This document shows positions 38,401 to 51,750 of a DNA stretch of 64,000 bases, one piece after another (within the stretch, counting starts at the first letter, position 1; every line of letters begins with the position of its first letter). The translations under genes and the position numbers were made by a program. Under the pieces are notes generated by a model. That model did not search any database. It worked only from the letters and a program-made list of their open reading frames with translations, and was not told the origin of the DNA. This stretch comes from Octopus sinensis (lineage: Eukaryota), in assembly GCF_006345805.1 (NCBI RefSeq), contig NC_043007.1, forward strand, positions 36,828,001 to 36,892,000. Direction: 5' to 3'.

Positions 38401-39331
38401 CATGTGGAGGCACATGGTCTCGTGGTTAGAGCAGCGGACTCACGGTCAAGGGATCGCGGGTTCGAATCTCAGACCGGGCGATGTTTGTGTTTATGAGCGA
38501 AATACCATGCGGCTCCAGCAGAAGGTAATGGCGAACTTCTACTGACTCTTTCGCCACAACTTCCTCTTACTCTTTCCTCCTGCATCTTGCAGCTCACCTG
38601 CGACAGACCGGCGTCCCGTCCAGGTGGGGAATTTATACACCAAGGAAACCGGGAAACTGGGCCTTATGAGTCAGGCATGGCTCGAGAAGGAACAAACAAA
38701 CAACAAACATATTTAACATTCTCATCCTATTCAAGATACTGTCACTTGACTGTAGAAGTTGTATTGTCAAGCCATTCATTGATTCGTGGAGGGAAGCAGG
38801 AGAGATAGATAGATAGATAGATAAATAGAGAGAGAGAGAGACGTTAACACTACTGCCACGAACTGATACTCTTTTTATCCTCTCCCAAGTGTTGAAAAGG
38901 AAAATTGACCTCAGTAAAATTTGAATCCAGTGCGTAGATAGCGAAAACAAATATATAATACGCATGTTTCGCTCATGCTACTAACGACATTGCCAGTTTG
39001 TCACCTTTACTCTGAAACCTATGATACATGTATTATACTTCCATCCATTTCCCAGCCTGTAAAGTTAAGGGTGGTCTTTTGAACTTTGTACATATACGAT
39101 GTCGATCAAAGTGAAGTAAAGGGCACGGCATCAAAGTGAGAGGTAAACAACAAATAACTGTTAATTATCGATAATGAAGACGAAAGTAAATTACTTGGTG
39201 TCAAGTACACAAACCAAATATTTTCAGGATATTACATAGTATTGTAAAAAAATATATATATAGATACAAATATATACATACATAAATGTATATATTCGTA
39301 TATAAATACATATATACATGCATACAACACA

Positions 39332-39399
<68 letters not shown>

Positions 39400-39487
39400 C
39401 TTGAATACCTGCGGAGTTCAAAAGACCATCTCAATGCCTGGGAATCGAACCCGAAATCATTGTGTTCAAATATGAAATTATCAATAA

Positions 39488-39843
39488 ACTAGCAGTATCG
39501 CCCGGCGTTGCTCGGGTTTGTAAGGGAAATAACTATAAAGCATTTTTAGAGAGTTATAGCCAAAAAATAGCAAAAAAAATGGAAAGAAAAGATGGTAAAT
39601 TTTTTTTGAGAGTTAAAAAGGTCGAGTTGCGTCCCCTAGACCCCATGTCGAATTTATCGATTTTTTTCAGAACTGGGGGAACTTTTCAAAATTTTCGCTG
39701 CGTTAGTTTTGAATTATGACATTGGGATATGTGTGTGTCAAGTTTCATCAGAATCGGTTGAAAGCCGTGGTCAGGGTGAGGGTACAAGCAAACAGACACA
39801 CAGAAACACACACAGACAAACTGCTGTTTATATATAGAGAGAT
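39488..39843 (+). mobile_element. Non-autonomous Helitron/Helentron-like element, second copy
   Basis: Same first ~90 bp as 35550; ends gacacacagaaacacacacagacaaactgctgtttatatatagagagat. Confidence 0.7.
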
Positions 39844-40320
39844 AACAAACAGGATTCTGTCAAGTTTTGATGACGTCAGCTAATTACTAGCCATTCAGAT
39901 CTCTGGAAGACACAACAAGAGCTTGTATTTTTTAGCAGTAGATAGTTGACTTATGAAAACAATTGAACAACAATTGCTCAACTAATTAGATCCAAAATAG
40001 GATAAACAACTTATGGCTTTGTTATTAACGATTTTGTCTTTGTCACCTTTTCTATGACGGACTTTGGTTATATATAGATGGTGTGTCTGGTAACTAGTGA
40101 GTGTTAGTAAAACAACTATGATCAATGGCTGCAGGAATTTACGCCACTCAACACAATGTTGACATACACATCTCTCATAGACACATGCAGAGTAAATACG
40201 TTCTGGTGTAAATATCTTTTTTCTCTCCTATGTCACAACAAAATTTTTTTTTTGTTAATGATGATATATATTTTTTATTTGAAACTTCACACAGACTTTT
40301 GTCCGTTTGTCTCAACTAAT

Positions 40321-40445
40321 CAATTTTGGGGGGATTAATCGATATGCGGATATTCTATTTCAGATAATACAAAAATAACCTAATGAGTATATTTTTGTAT
40401 TATCTGAAATGGAATACCCGCATATCGATTAATCCCCCAAAATTG
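40321..40445. repeat. 125-bp near-perfect palindrome (MITE-like)
   Basis: About 57-bp arms caattttgggg...aaaaata / tattttt...ccccaaaattg with 2 substitutions and 1 indel; aat on both flanks. Confidence 0.85.
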
Positions 40446-40595
40446 AATAAATATTGACTTTTATCAGATACTTTGTATATTTATATAGATAAATATATAA
40501 ATATACGATAAATAAGACCCCCAAAGTACGATATATAGATGCATATAACGCGGAAGGGCTGCACCTGATTGATTTGGAAATTTGTTTTCCCAAAT

Positions 40596-40627
<32 letters not shown>

Positions 40628-40664
40628 ATAAATATATAAATATATATAAATATACAATATATAT

Positions 40665-40796
<132 letters not shown>

Positions 40797-41278
40797 ATAC
40801 ATACATATTAATATATAATGAAGGCGCGTGGCTTAGTGGTTAGGGTATTCGGCTCACGATCGTAAGGTCGTGAGTTCAATTCCTGGCAACACGTTATGTC
40901 CTTGAGCAAAGCACTTTATTTCACGTTGTTCCAGTCCACTCAGCTGGCAAAAGGGAGTAGTACCTGTGTCACGCTGAACCTCCCTGAGAAACGTTAAGAA
41001 TATACTTCACAAGCAAGCTGTTCCGTTGATCGTATCAGCTGGGACCTTCGTCGTCGTAACCGACAGTGTTCCTACACACACACACCTTTGGGACCTTCGT
41101 CGTCGTAACCGACAGTGTTCCTTCACACACACAGACACCTTGTTTTTTCTTTCCCCAAAAGTTTTTTTTACACAATTGCTTGAAAGTGTTCAGGTCGAAC
41201 CAAGGGTATTTATTGTGTTGATGTAAGTCATAACTACAGTTTGATTGTCTAAATTTAGTCTCTTCTTAAACCAAGTTT

Positions 41279-41319
<41 letters not shown>

Positions 41320-41321
41320 AA

Positions 41322-41362
<41 letters not shown>

Positions 41363-42049
41363 GATTACTGCAATTGAGTAGCTTTCCACAGCATATCTAC
41401 GTTAAGTAAGATATATAGATTGCTATTTTAATCTTACACCGCTTCCGTCACTACTAATGGATTTTTAGCAAGCCTGCCGGTTACTTGCGCCACCTTTGAT
41501 TTATTAATCAGTTTTCTATATCAGTAAATGCTAAATTTATCCAAGCATGCGGTTGCTAGTGCATGTTTGCTACCCTTGACGTGCAAATGCGCAGAAATCT
41601 AGATTTAGCAATTCCAAAGACGAAAATATCCGTCTGAGGATATTTTCGTTTGTTACTGGCATTCTTTTGTGCCTTTCTTTAGCACTATAGTTCCATATAA
41701 GATACTTTCTCGTTGCGAATACCGCAGATTCGTGGTTTTCTACAGTATATGTATGTCAAGACATACAAAAGCATACGCACGCACACACACAGACACACGC
41801 GCGGGCACACACACACGTATGTACATATGTACAGTAGTAGACATAATATAAGGGTAAGTAAGAATAAAGTGTAATGAAATATTATAGAAGATTAACAAAA
41901 CGTTGAGACTAGATATTTTACACATATTTAGATATATCTTATATCTGTCTTTCGTTAAAATTTCAAGTGAAAGGAATAATTATTTCGTATGTTATGAGGA
42001 AATAAACAAATAATCTTCGAAACTGCAACGGCCAAAAGCTAAGGGTCAC

Positions 42050-43130
42050 TTTAAAAAATCAATGGAAATGGAACAAGAACAAAAAGAAACCTTTACTATC
42101 AATATTTTGTGAACATCCCATCACTATCAATGACCTCCTGACATCTGTTACTACTGGATTAATTTCTTGCAAAATGATGGAATAATATTGTTCCATTCGC
42201 TTTTCAATAATCCCAGAGTTCATCTTGGTTCTTTGGACTTCTCCTCCTCGCCCCATCTTCAATAATCTTCCAAACGTTTTCTCTAGGGTTGAGATCGGGA
42301 ATTTGAGGTGGCCAGTTCATGAGATCAACCCCTTCATCACTCAAAAAGTCTTTGACTCTCTTCGCAATGTGACAGGGAGCGTTGTCCTGCACGGAGATAG
42401 GAGGTTGAACAGACAAGGATCGGAGATGTTGAAGGGCTTGCTGTCTAAGAATCTACTCATAGATTTCAACATTGACAGTCCCTTGTAGGCGAATAAGTGA
42501 ACCAGAACCAGCAGCCGAGATCACTCCCCATACCATTATACTGCCTCCTCCATATTTCACTGTCTTCTTCACACATACACGAGATAACCTATTGCCACTT
42601 TGTCGGACGTACATACCGCCATTGGACCCAATCACATTAAACTTCGATTCAGCACTAAAATGAACCTGCGACCACTGTTCTTCTGTCCAAACGACATGCT
42701 CGTGAGCGAAATGTTGACGGGGTCTTTGATTCTTCTTGGAGATCAGAGGGTTTTTTGCCGGTGCTCTAGCAAGCAACCCAGAACCTCGTAACCTCCGAGA
42801 AATTGCTTTGCATGATACGTTGACATCGGAAGTGGAGCTAAACTCGCGGAATATCTCAGCAGCACTCTTAAACCTATCCTTCAGTGACATTCTAACCATA
42901 ATAAGATCCTGTCTTAGTGAAGTTTTACAAGGTCTACCAGTTCTTATGTATTGATTAAACCTAAATTTGATACATATTTCTGCTAGTGTTTAGTAGAAAT
43001 ATTTTATTGTACTACCACTTCGGAGCTATTTTTTAGCACTCTTTGGCTTGTCCTACCCTGATGTTGAAAATTATTTGACATCATGAACATCCAGTCATTT
43101 GAACACAAACAAAAGTCTAGTATGTCTATA
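42050..43130 (-). mobile_element. Degenerate Tc1 (DD34E) transposon
   Basis: HEHVVWTEEQWSQVHFSAESKFN, TVKYGGGSIMVWG, QDNAPCH and WPPQIPDLNPRENVW. Confidence 0.92.
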
Positions 43131-43859
43131 TAGTTTTTCTGTAAGACCAATTTCCGACTTCAAGGTACTTTAACCAATATTAGTGATTGGTGATCGATAC
43201 CAAATGCTAATATTGATTATATGCATATTTTTTTTTCCCATTCATGAAACAAGCCTCTTTAAGCATAGAATTATTCATTACCAACCAGTTGTAAGTGTAT
43301 TTGCTCACAGTTATAATTCTTTGCACCTGTTATTTAAGAATTTTAAATTTACCACCGAAGGAAAGTACTTTTCCTTGCCATTCTTTTCTCTATACATAAA
43401 TGTACAGTATGCTAGCTGTTTCTCAATAATATCTCGATATATATTTTTTGTGTATTGTTTAAATTTATTGTTAACCATTATGTAAGCTTTTATTTGAAGT
43501 TAATTGAATAGAATCGTATTCTTTCGTCGTTTCGATGCTGGACCTTTTTGAAGTTGATTGTGGAGTTCGTTTGTCATTGCCTTATTGAGCTGCTTTTATC
43601 CTATTTGAAGTAATTTTAATTTTGATTAGTAGGATTTTCATATTCTTAACTCAGATGCCAAAGCCAAACACAAGCCAGAAGGAAAAAAAAACTTTAAATT
43701 AAAAAAAAATTCTCAAAAGAATTTGTATTGACGCACAATAACCAGTTATACTTCAAACTGAACCCCGTTGATGTCAAATGCGATAAAAAAACATTTTGTT
43801 GAGTCGTACAGAACGAGTAAAAAACATTAAAACCATCTTAAAAAGACAATTAAAATTGA

Positions 43860-46800
43860 GCAGTTACAAATCAGGGTGCAATGTTGATCAAAGCGTTTTT
43901 TGAGGCCGACATTCCTTTGCAAATGCTCACTAATCCAAGTCCGAGAAGTCTCTTAGATTCGGTCAATAAGCCACTGCCATCTCAATTTACATGCCGAAAA
44001 TATGTTGATATGCTTAGTGTAAACACGGTTGAAAATCGCAAGAACTGCCTGGCTGATCAAAAAATATATTTAGTTGTTGATGAAAGGGAAATCAATGAAA
44101 AACAAAGAAAATTGTTAATGTACTTGTTGGTTCTGAATAGAATGTTTGCCACTCAAATCAGCTCTAACTGCCGCAGTCGTCGCTCAGATCACCGAAGATT
44201 CGCTAAGAATTATGGCGGTTCGATGAGAAAATTTTCTTCTACGATTGTCTGTTGCTGCTCGGTATATGGTAGTTGCTGGAAAAATATTGCAAGTTATGTA
44301 CCCTAAGCTCTTCCATGTAACCTGCTTCTCTCACCTACTGCACAACTGTGCTCTAAAAATAAATGCTTTCTATCCTGCATTAGATTGTCTGATTGCTACA
44401 GTGAAAAACACACACCGTCGAAAGCAATTCAAAACAATCGGATACCCCACTCAGCCAATTGTGACCAGGTAGGACAGCTGATCGGAAACATGCAGTTACT
44501 ATACCAAGAACCATGCAGAAGTTGCAAAAATTGTAGAAAATTTTGAAGATGAAGGTATTTTAGTGCGGAGAGCGAAAGAAACTATACGAAATCCTGAGAT
44601 CAGGAGTAACCTCATCCAAATCTATTCAAACTATCTACATTTGAAAGAGTTGATTTCGAAAGCTGAGTTAACAGCCTTCCCCATTTACAATGCTTACAAA
44701 AGCCTCGAAAAATAGAAATTCAACGAAGACTCATGTTGCATCATAAAATACAGTGATTTTAGATTCAATAAAAACTAAATCATTTCGATTACACTGTCAT
44801 GCTATTTGAACTTTTTCAGCTGATTTAGAGTAATTTTAGGGTGCTGAATCCGAATCTGACATCAGTTTTCAGACAGCACGTGCAGGTTTTTTTTTAGCTA
44901 TTCACAACATTAGATTTTCCAACCAATTGCTTTCGATTTTCCCTCATATACTCATCACTGAAACAAAAATAAGCGCTGATAGAAGGAAATGTAGGCTGCC
45001 TGTTAAATTGCCACACAAGATGAGAATTTATTTTACTTTGTTATCGCTGTAATTATAGTAAAGATCTCATAGTAGGCTATCGGTATTAGGTTATAGTAAG
45101 CTACTCAGACTCCCTTTCTTTGATAACTGCTAGTGCTGTTAAAACAAAGTACATCAAATGAGAGAGCCAGGTTATACGAAAAGTAGTTTAGTAGTAAGTT
45201 TAGTTATTTATTAAAGTGATCAATGTTTGAAATTTAGAGATGGAAAAAATTGTTTCGTGATTGCCATAGCTTCAGTACATTCTATAACAATGATTTTGTT
45301 AGAGAAACATATTTTGATGTTTTACAGTAACATTTACAGTTGATTAATTTTATATTTTAGTTTACTGAAAGGCTTCCTTGAGTGCTGATTTGGGTTATTA
45401 CTCTATGTATTTATGATGAGCAGAAAAGTTTGTGTTAATCACCCGAACAGCGTTTCTTACGTGTGTGGAAAATTTACGCCAAAAGATCAGAGAATAAGCT
45501 TGCAAAGAAAATCTAAAATGCTTACAAGCTTTACTTTACGTGCAAAGTTGGGGATCAAGATAAACTGTGAGCGCCTCATGTTTGTTGCAAAAACTGCTAC
45601 ATAGCACTAACCCAAAGGCTGAATGGTAAACGGAAAAGTATGCCATATGCAGTACTAATGATATGGCGCGAAGCAACAAACCGATTGTTATTTCTACTTA
45701 ACTAACACCACAGGTTTCTCAAAGAACAAATCCAAGATTGTTTATCCAGATTGCTCTTCAGTTTTAAAACCAGTTGCTCATGCTACTGAAAATATTCCAA
45801 TTCCAGAACCCCTTTCTTCTTTTGACAAAGATAGTTTAAGTGAAGAAAGTACTGCATCTACTTCAATTGAAGGCGTGCCGAGTGATACAGCAGACCACAG
45901 TGATGAACCAGAATCTTCAAAAAAGTTCTTCATTTATTAATTCAACTTGAGTTAAATGATTTAGTTAGAGACTTGGGTTTAACAAAAAGAAAAGTCAGAA
46001 TTACTGGGCTCCAGGTTGAAACAATGGAATCTTTTATACGATGGTGTAAAATGCTCGTATTTTCGGAAACAGCATATAGAATTGCATAAATTTTTTACGG
46101 AGGAAGATGGTATTTGTTTTTGTTGTGATGTTGAAGGACTCCTACATAAGATGGGGTACGGCCATAATCCTGAAAAATGGAGACTCTTCATAGATTCCAG
46201 CAAAGCAAGCCTGAAAGTGTATTGCTGCATAATGGCAATCAAAAACCTTCAATACCACTAGTACATGCTGTAGGATGAAAGCAAATTTATGAATCAATGG
46301 ATAAAATTTTGCACTTTAAATATTCTGAGCACAAGTGGAATTTATGCAGGGACTTGGAAGTTATTGGTTTGCTTCTTGGATTGCAAATGGATTACAAAGT
46401 ATCAGTGCTTTTTGTGCCTTTGGAACAGCAGAGATGACAAGCATCACTATGATTAAAAAGAGTGGCCAAAGAGAAGTGATTTCACTCCAGGGAGATACAA
46501 CGTTAAATATATCTCTTTAGTTGACCCTCAGAAAATTTACTTTCCTCCCTTACACATTAAACTTGGCTTGTTTAAGAATTTTGTTAAGGCCATGAATGAA
46601 GACAGTGAAGGATTCAAATATCTCAGCGAAAAATTTGTTTCTAGCAAGAGTGAATCTAAGATCAAAGCTGATGTTTTTAATGGACCAGAAATTTTCACAC
46701 TAATTTGTGATGAGCTTTTTCAAGAAAAATTAAGCCCAGTAGAGAAAACTGCTTGGGAAAACATTTTTTGAGATATAAAAAATCATCTAACTACGTGGCA

Positions 46801-47520
46801 ATTGCGAATGATTTTTTGAAAGCTTATAAGCAACTTGGGGCAAGAATGACTCTAAAAATTTATTTTCTCCACTCTCATCTTGACTTTTTCCCACCCAATA
46901 TGGGTGATGTAAGCGATGAGCATGGTGAACGATTTCATCAAGAAATCAAAGAGCTAGAAAGCCGCTACAGTGGCAGACGTACATCAAACATGCTGACGGA
47001 ATACTACTGGTTTTTAAAACGAGAAACGGTCATGCAACATAAGCTTAAAAGAAGACGCCAAAGCTATTTTTGAAAAACATAAAATTAATAATATTCACTT
47101 TACACTTTTGTTTTGTGTTTTATTGGTTTTAGAGCTACTTGTCCACCTAGTTGCTATTGTTCTTATACCAAATAACGGTAATTTACACTTAACATAACAT
47201 TCATTTTATTTGTCATGAATTTTTACATTATTGTAATTTTGATAGCTGTATAATAATGATAGCGCAAAATCATGACGTGCAAGAGCAAAAATGATTGCAG
47301 ATTGGCGCTACCAAATTACCTATGAGCCCCACTTCGTTTAATAGTAGCAAAAATTTTGTTGCCTAGTGTAATTCAACCAATGAACCCCAAAGTTTCACTC
47401 GTAGAGTAAGCAGATCTGATACAATGCCAAGCGACATCAGCTACTGTAGAACGCAGTTTTTCTACAAAAAATCCTTGCAAGAGACAGGTATTTTTTGTCT
47501 ACAAATTAAAGCATTATATC
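43860..47520 (+). mobile_element. Degenerate hAT-like transposase (pieces ~43860-44791 and 47369-47520) split by Chapaev3
   Basis: FFEADIPL, YLVVDE, HVTCFSHLLH and PIVTR motifs, then C-terminal QATSATVERSFS after the insertion. Confidence 0.8.
44792..47368 (+). mobile_element. Chapaev3 (CMC superfamily) DNA transposon, end-to-end but frameshifted
   Basis: CAC...GTG termini with tta/taa flanks. Transposase motifs CVNHPNS..YVCG, LGSRLKQWNLL, WRLFIDSSKASLK, PPLHIKLGLFKNFVKAM and FLHSHLDFFPPNMGDVSDEHGERFHQEI. Confidence 0.85.
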
Positions 47521-48189
47521 ATATTGTGCTGAAATAAAATTTCCAAATTGTTGTTTTAAAAAATTGTTGTTTTTAAAAATTGTCGTGATAATATTCGTGT
47601 ATCATAAAACTAGTGTGACTTCCCTAATGTTTTTGGTTTTATTAATAACAAGGTTAAAATCTGTCAATAAATTAAAAAAATAAGGTTAAAAACGTGTGAA
47701 AATATGATTAAAATGAAGCAATTTTTAAGGTAAAAAAATTGCCCTAATAATTATTTACTAAATATATAATTTTGTGAGTAATACTTTCTTTTTGTTCAAT
47801 GCTATTATATTAATTTTAAAAACTGCTGTTCTCGACCAATTAAAAAAGAGAAATCGTTAATAATACTTTAATAAGAAGCAGAAACCTGAAATCTTTTTTG
47901 GAAGGGTGGGGCAGTCGATTAAATTGACCGCAGTGCTAAACTGGTACTTATTTTATCGAACCCGAAACGATGAAGGGCAAAGTGGATCTTGGCAATGTTT
48001 GAACTCAGAACGTAAAGACGGACGCATAACTGCCAAATATTTGTCTAGTGCGCAAACGAGTCTGCCAGCTCGCCGCATTAGAGACATCTTTAATAATCGT
48101 TTCAAAGTTTTGTCATAGAGCCAGCAGTACTTTGAGGGGAGGGTGAAGTCGACCACGATATTCTGCAAACAGGAGCCACAATATTCTAC

Positions 48190-48819
48190 AAACAGCCAAA
48201 CGACTTCTTCCAATTCCACACCAGTTCCTATGGAACAACAAGTAATCAACAGCCGAAGGCAACCACCAAATCTTCAGAAACTTCTAACCAAAGCAAGATT
48301 TGCACCAGAGGAAGAAATGCTGCAAGTTACCAAATGTGGAGGTCCCCGATGGAGGACATGTGATTTAATAGATTAGGGACCAGCCCAAAAATTCAAGAAT
48401 GGAAAATAATTAAAGGTGAATGCAAATATGAACTGTAAAAGCAAAAACCTGATATATTGTATAACATGCCCACGATGCAACGAACATTATATTGGGGAAA
48501 CAAAAACGAAACTAACCAGCCGTGTAAATCTGCACAGACATCAAATAAAACATCCCGCACTTAGATGCATACCATGTAGCGATCATTTGGACACCCGTGC
48601 ACAAGGAAAATTTACAATTTTTCCTCTTCATAAAATAAATGAAGATTTCCGAGTCCGAAACTAAACCGGAAATAGTCAACAAGAATTTTACTGAAAACAA
48701 CTTTCATTATATGTAATAACACGAGCTTAGAAACCTTAGGAATTGAAAGCGCTTGTACATCTATAAAAGCAAAGGCCACACTCATTTTTTTGAAATCTCT
48801 TCCCAAAGGTTAGTGCCTT

Positions 48820-48830
<11 letters not shown>
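48190..48830 (+). mobile_element. Penelope-like element, C-terminal GIY-YIG region
   Basis: RRQPPNLQKLLTKARF..C..PR..TC; MNCKSKNLIYCITCPRCNEHYIGETKTKLTSRVNLHR. Confidence 0.88.
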
Positions 48831-48855
<25 letters not shown>

Positions 48856-48995
48856 ATATCGATTTGTAATTCCTCTCCATTGACTCAGCTTTCAAGCTTA
48901 TACTTTAACGGAGAAAATAGGCAACGAGGTCTTATATACACTATTACAGTATTTTCGATAGCCAATGTACGGTGAAGGCCTACAATTCTCTTTAC

Positions 48996-49029
<34 letters not shown>

Positions 49030-49656
49030 ATATATATATCTGTGTGTGTGTGTGTGTGTGTGTGTATGCATACATACATACCTGCATACTTATATACATA
49101 CGCGTGCATACTTACATGCATAAATACAGACACATATACAAACATAACATGCACATGCATACATATACATACCTGCACGCATGTATACATACATACGCAC
49201 TACATACATATACATGCACACATACACAGACATATATACATACATACCCATCTGTTTATCTACTAGTTTATCATACATGCACACATACATTCGCTTATAT
49301 ATATGCAAACAAACATACACATACATACATACGTACGTACGTACGTACGTACCGTGGGCCCTCGCGTGCAAAGCGACTATGAAAGTGTCCATATTTCACC
49401 GTCGTAAATGCGCATGGTATGACGACAGTCGAAATGAGAACGACTACTCCAAACAAAAGACTCATGAGTCTTTTATGAAGATACTTTTATGAAAGCGTAG
49501 GAGTGGCTGTGTGGTAAGTAGCTTGCTTACTAACCACATGGTTCCGGGTTCAGTCCCACTGCATGGCGCCTTGGGCAAGTGTCTTCTACTATAGCCTCGG
49601 GCCGACCAAAGCCTTGTGAGTGGATTTGGTAGACGGAAACTGAAAGAAGCCCGTTG

Positions 49657-49751
<95 letters not shown>

Positions 49752-49753
49752 TG

Positions 49754-49862
<109 letters not shown>

Positions 49863-50084
49863 CGTTTGTGTATCTGTGTTTGTCCCCCCAACATCGCTTG
49901 ACAACCGATACTGGTGTGTTTACGTCCCCGTAACTTAGCGGTTCGGCAAAAGAGACCGATAGAATAAGTACTAGGCTTACAGAGAATAAGTCCTCGGGTC
50001 GATTTGCTCGACTAAAGGCGCTGCTCCAGCATGGCCGCAGTCAAATGACTGAAAGAGGTAAAAGAGTATACCCGCACAATGAAG

Positions 50085-50560
50085 CCAGTGACTACGCGAC
50101 CCACAATGACGGTTCCTATTCTCAGCTTCATGAGTGGTGAAAATTTAGCTTGTCGGATATGGGCAGGTGCTCCTGCGTATTGTTTAACTCTGTTCAACAG
50201 CATTCAACGCCGTATTTGTAATGCTATTGATCCTGATCTATCTTCTAAATTGGATTCAATCTCTCATTGTGGTCTGTGGCATCCTTGTCTCTTTTCTATA
50301 AGTATTTTCATGGACATTATTCAGCTGAGCTTTCTTCTCTGGTTCCTGCTTTAAGAACTTATCAGCGATCAACTAGACTTGCATCCACTTCTCATCAGTA
50401 TATTGTGCAACTTCCTAAGTGTCATAAAGCACTTTACAGTACCAGTTTCTTCCCTCGCACCTCTGAACATTGGAGTTCCCTTCCACAGTCTTGTTTTCCT
50501 CTTCAATAAGACCTCCAGTCTTTTAAGTCTAATCTACATCGTCAACTATTGTCTTCTGTC
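50085..50560 (+). mobile_element. CR1/L2-group LINE 3' remnant
   Basis: SIQRRIC..VASLSLFYKYFHGH.S.ELSSLVP..SFFPRTSEHWSSLP..FP; clade assignment approximate. Confidence 0.7.
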
Positions 50561-51223
50561 TAGCGTCCATTTTATTCTAGTAGCTCTTACGTTTCCAGTG
50601 ATCTAAGGACCTTGTAACGAGCGAATGCTTTAAAAAAAAAAGGCCTTAAAGCTGACCGCCATAACTTTGTGTTTCGTTCAAGGTATACTCCTTAGCTTTT
50701 GTTTTCCTGGACTCACCTACCAGGCAGTAGGGCATGGAGCCCTATTTACCTTTCTCTCAGGCAAAGCTATGGATCAATCGCTACTAAAATGGTCTTACAG
50801 CGCGCTCCTTCGACGAGCATAGCAGGATGTTTACGACATTTGCATTGTTATACTAAGGTCGTATGTTTAATTTCAATGTATGTCTTCTTAAGAAAGTGTC
50901 CTATAGCATTGCCCTTAGGCACATTGTATTCCTTTCTTCCCATGCAGTTCTTGTTGTTCGTCTTTCTGAGTTTCAAACACCCCTCCTCACCAGGTTAGAC
51001 TGACAAGGATGTCAGTTTAGTAACTGATGATCCTAGCGTGAAACACGTTGTACAGGGTTACACTGTGAGTGACACTTAAAGCGACCTGATATTTATACAC
51101 ATGCAAGATATTTAAAGCTACCCGATACTTAACATGATACTTACATGCACATGTGCAAACATATATACGTATATATACGAGCGCAAGTACTTATCTGCAT
51201 TATACATATATACAAAAGTATAT

Positions 51224-51254
<31 letters not shown>

Positions 51255-51267
51255 GCACATATATATA

Positions 51268-51305
<38 letters not shown>

Positions 51306-51378
51306 CGTACGTACACATATCTACACACACACCAACACACACACATACACACACACACACACACATACACACACACAT

Positions 51379-51417
<39 letters not shown>

Positions 51418-51559
51418 CATATATACATACACATATACAAAGATATACATACATGCACTCAAGCATACATACATACATACATACATACATGCATACATAT
51501 ATATATATATACACATACATACACCAAGCATGCGGGTACTTGCGAACAGCTGCCAAACG

Positions 51560-51750
51560 AAAACCTATTCGAAATTTAATACGAAAGCAATAAATAAAAT
51601 CAACTGGATTTACTCGCAAATATTCTCGGATTATTGCGTTTGTGTCTATACATACATTTATAGATACAAATACAATAATCCGTGGGTATTTGTGAATAAA
51701 TCCAGTTGATTTTTTTTATTGCTCTCGTATTAAATTTCGAATAGATTTTT
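51560..51750. repeat. ~190-bp imperfect palindrome (MITE-like)
   Basis: About 90-bp arms ctattcgaaatttaatacg...gtctata / tatagatac...cgtattaaatttcgaatag with an 8-nt loop catacatt. Confidence 0.85.
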
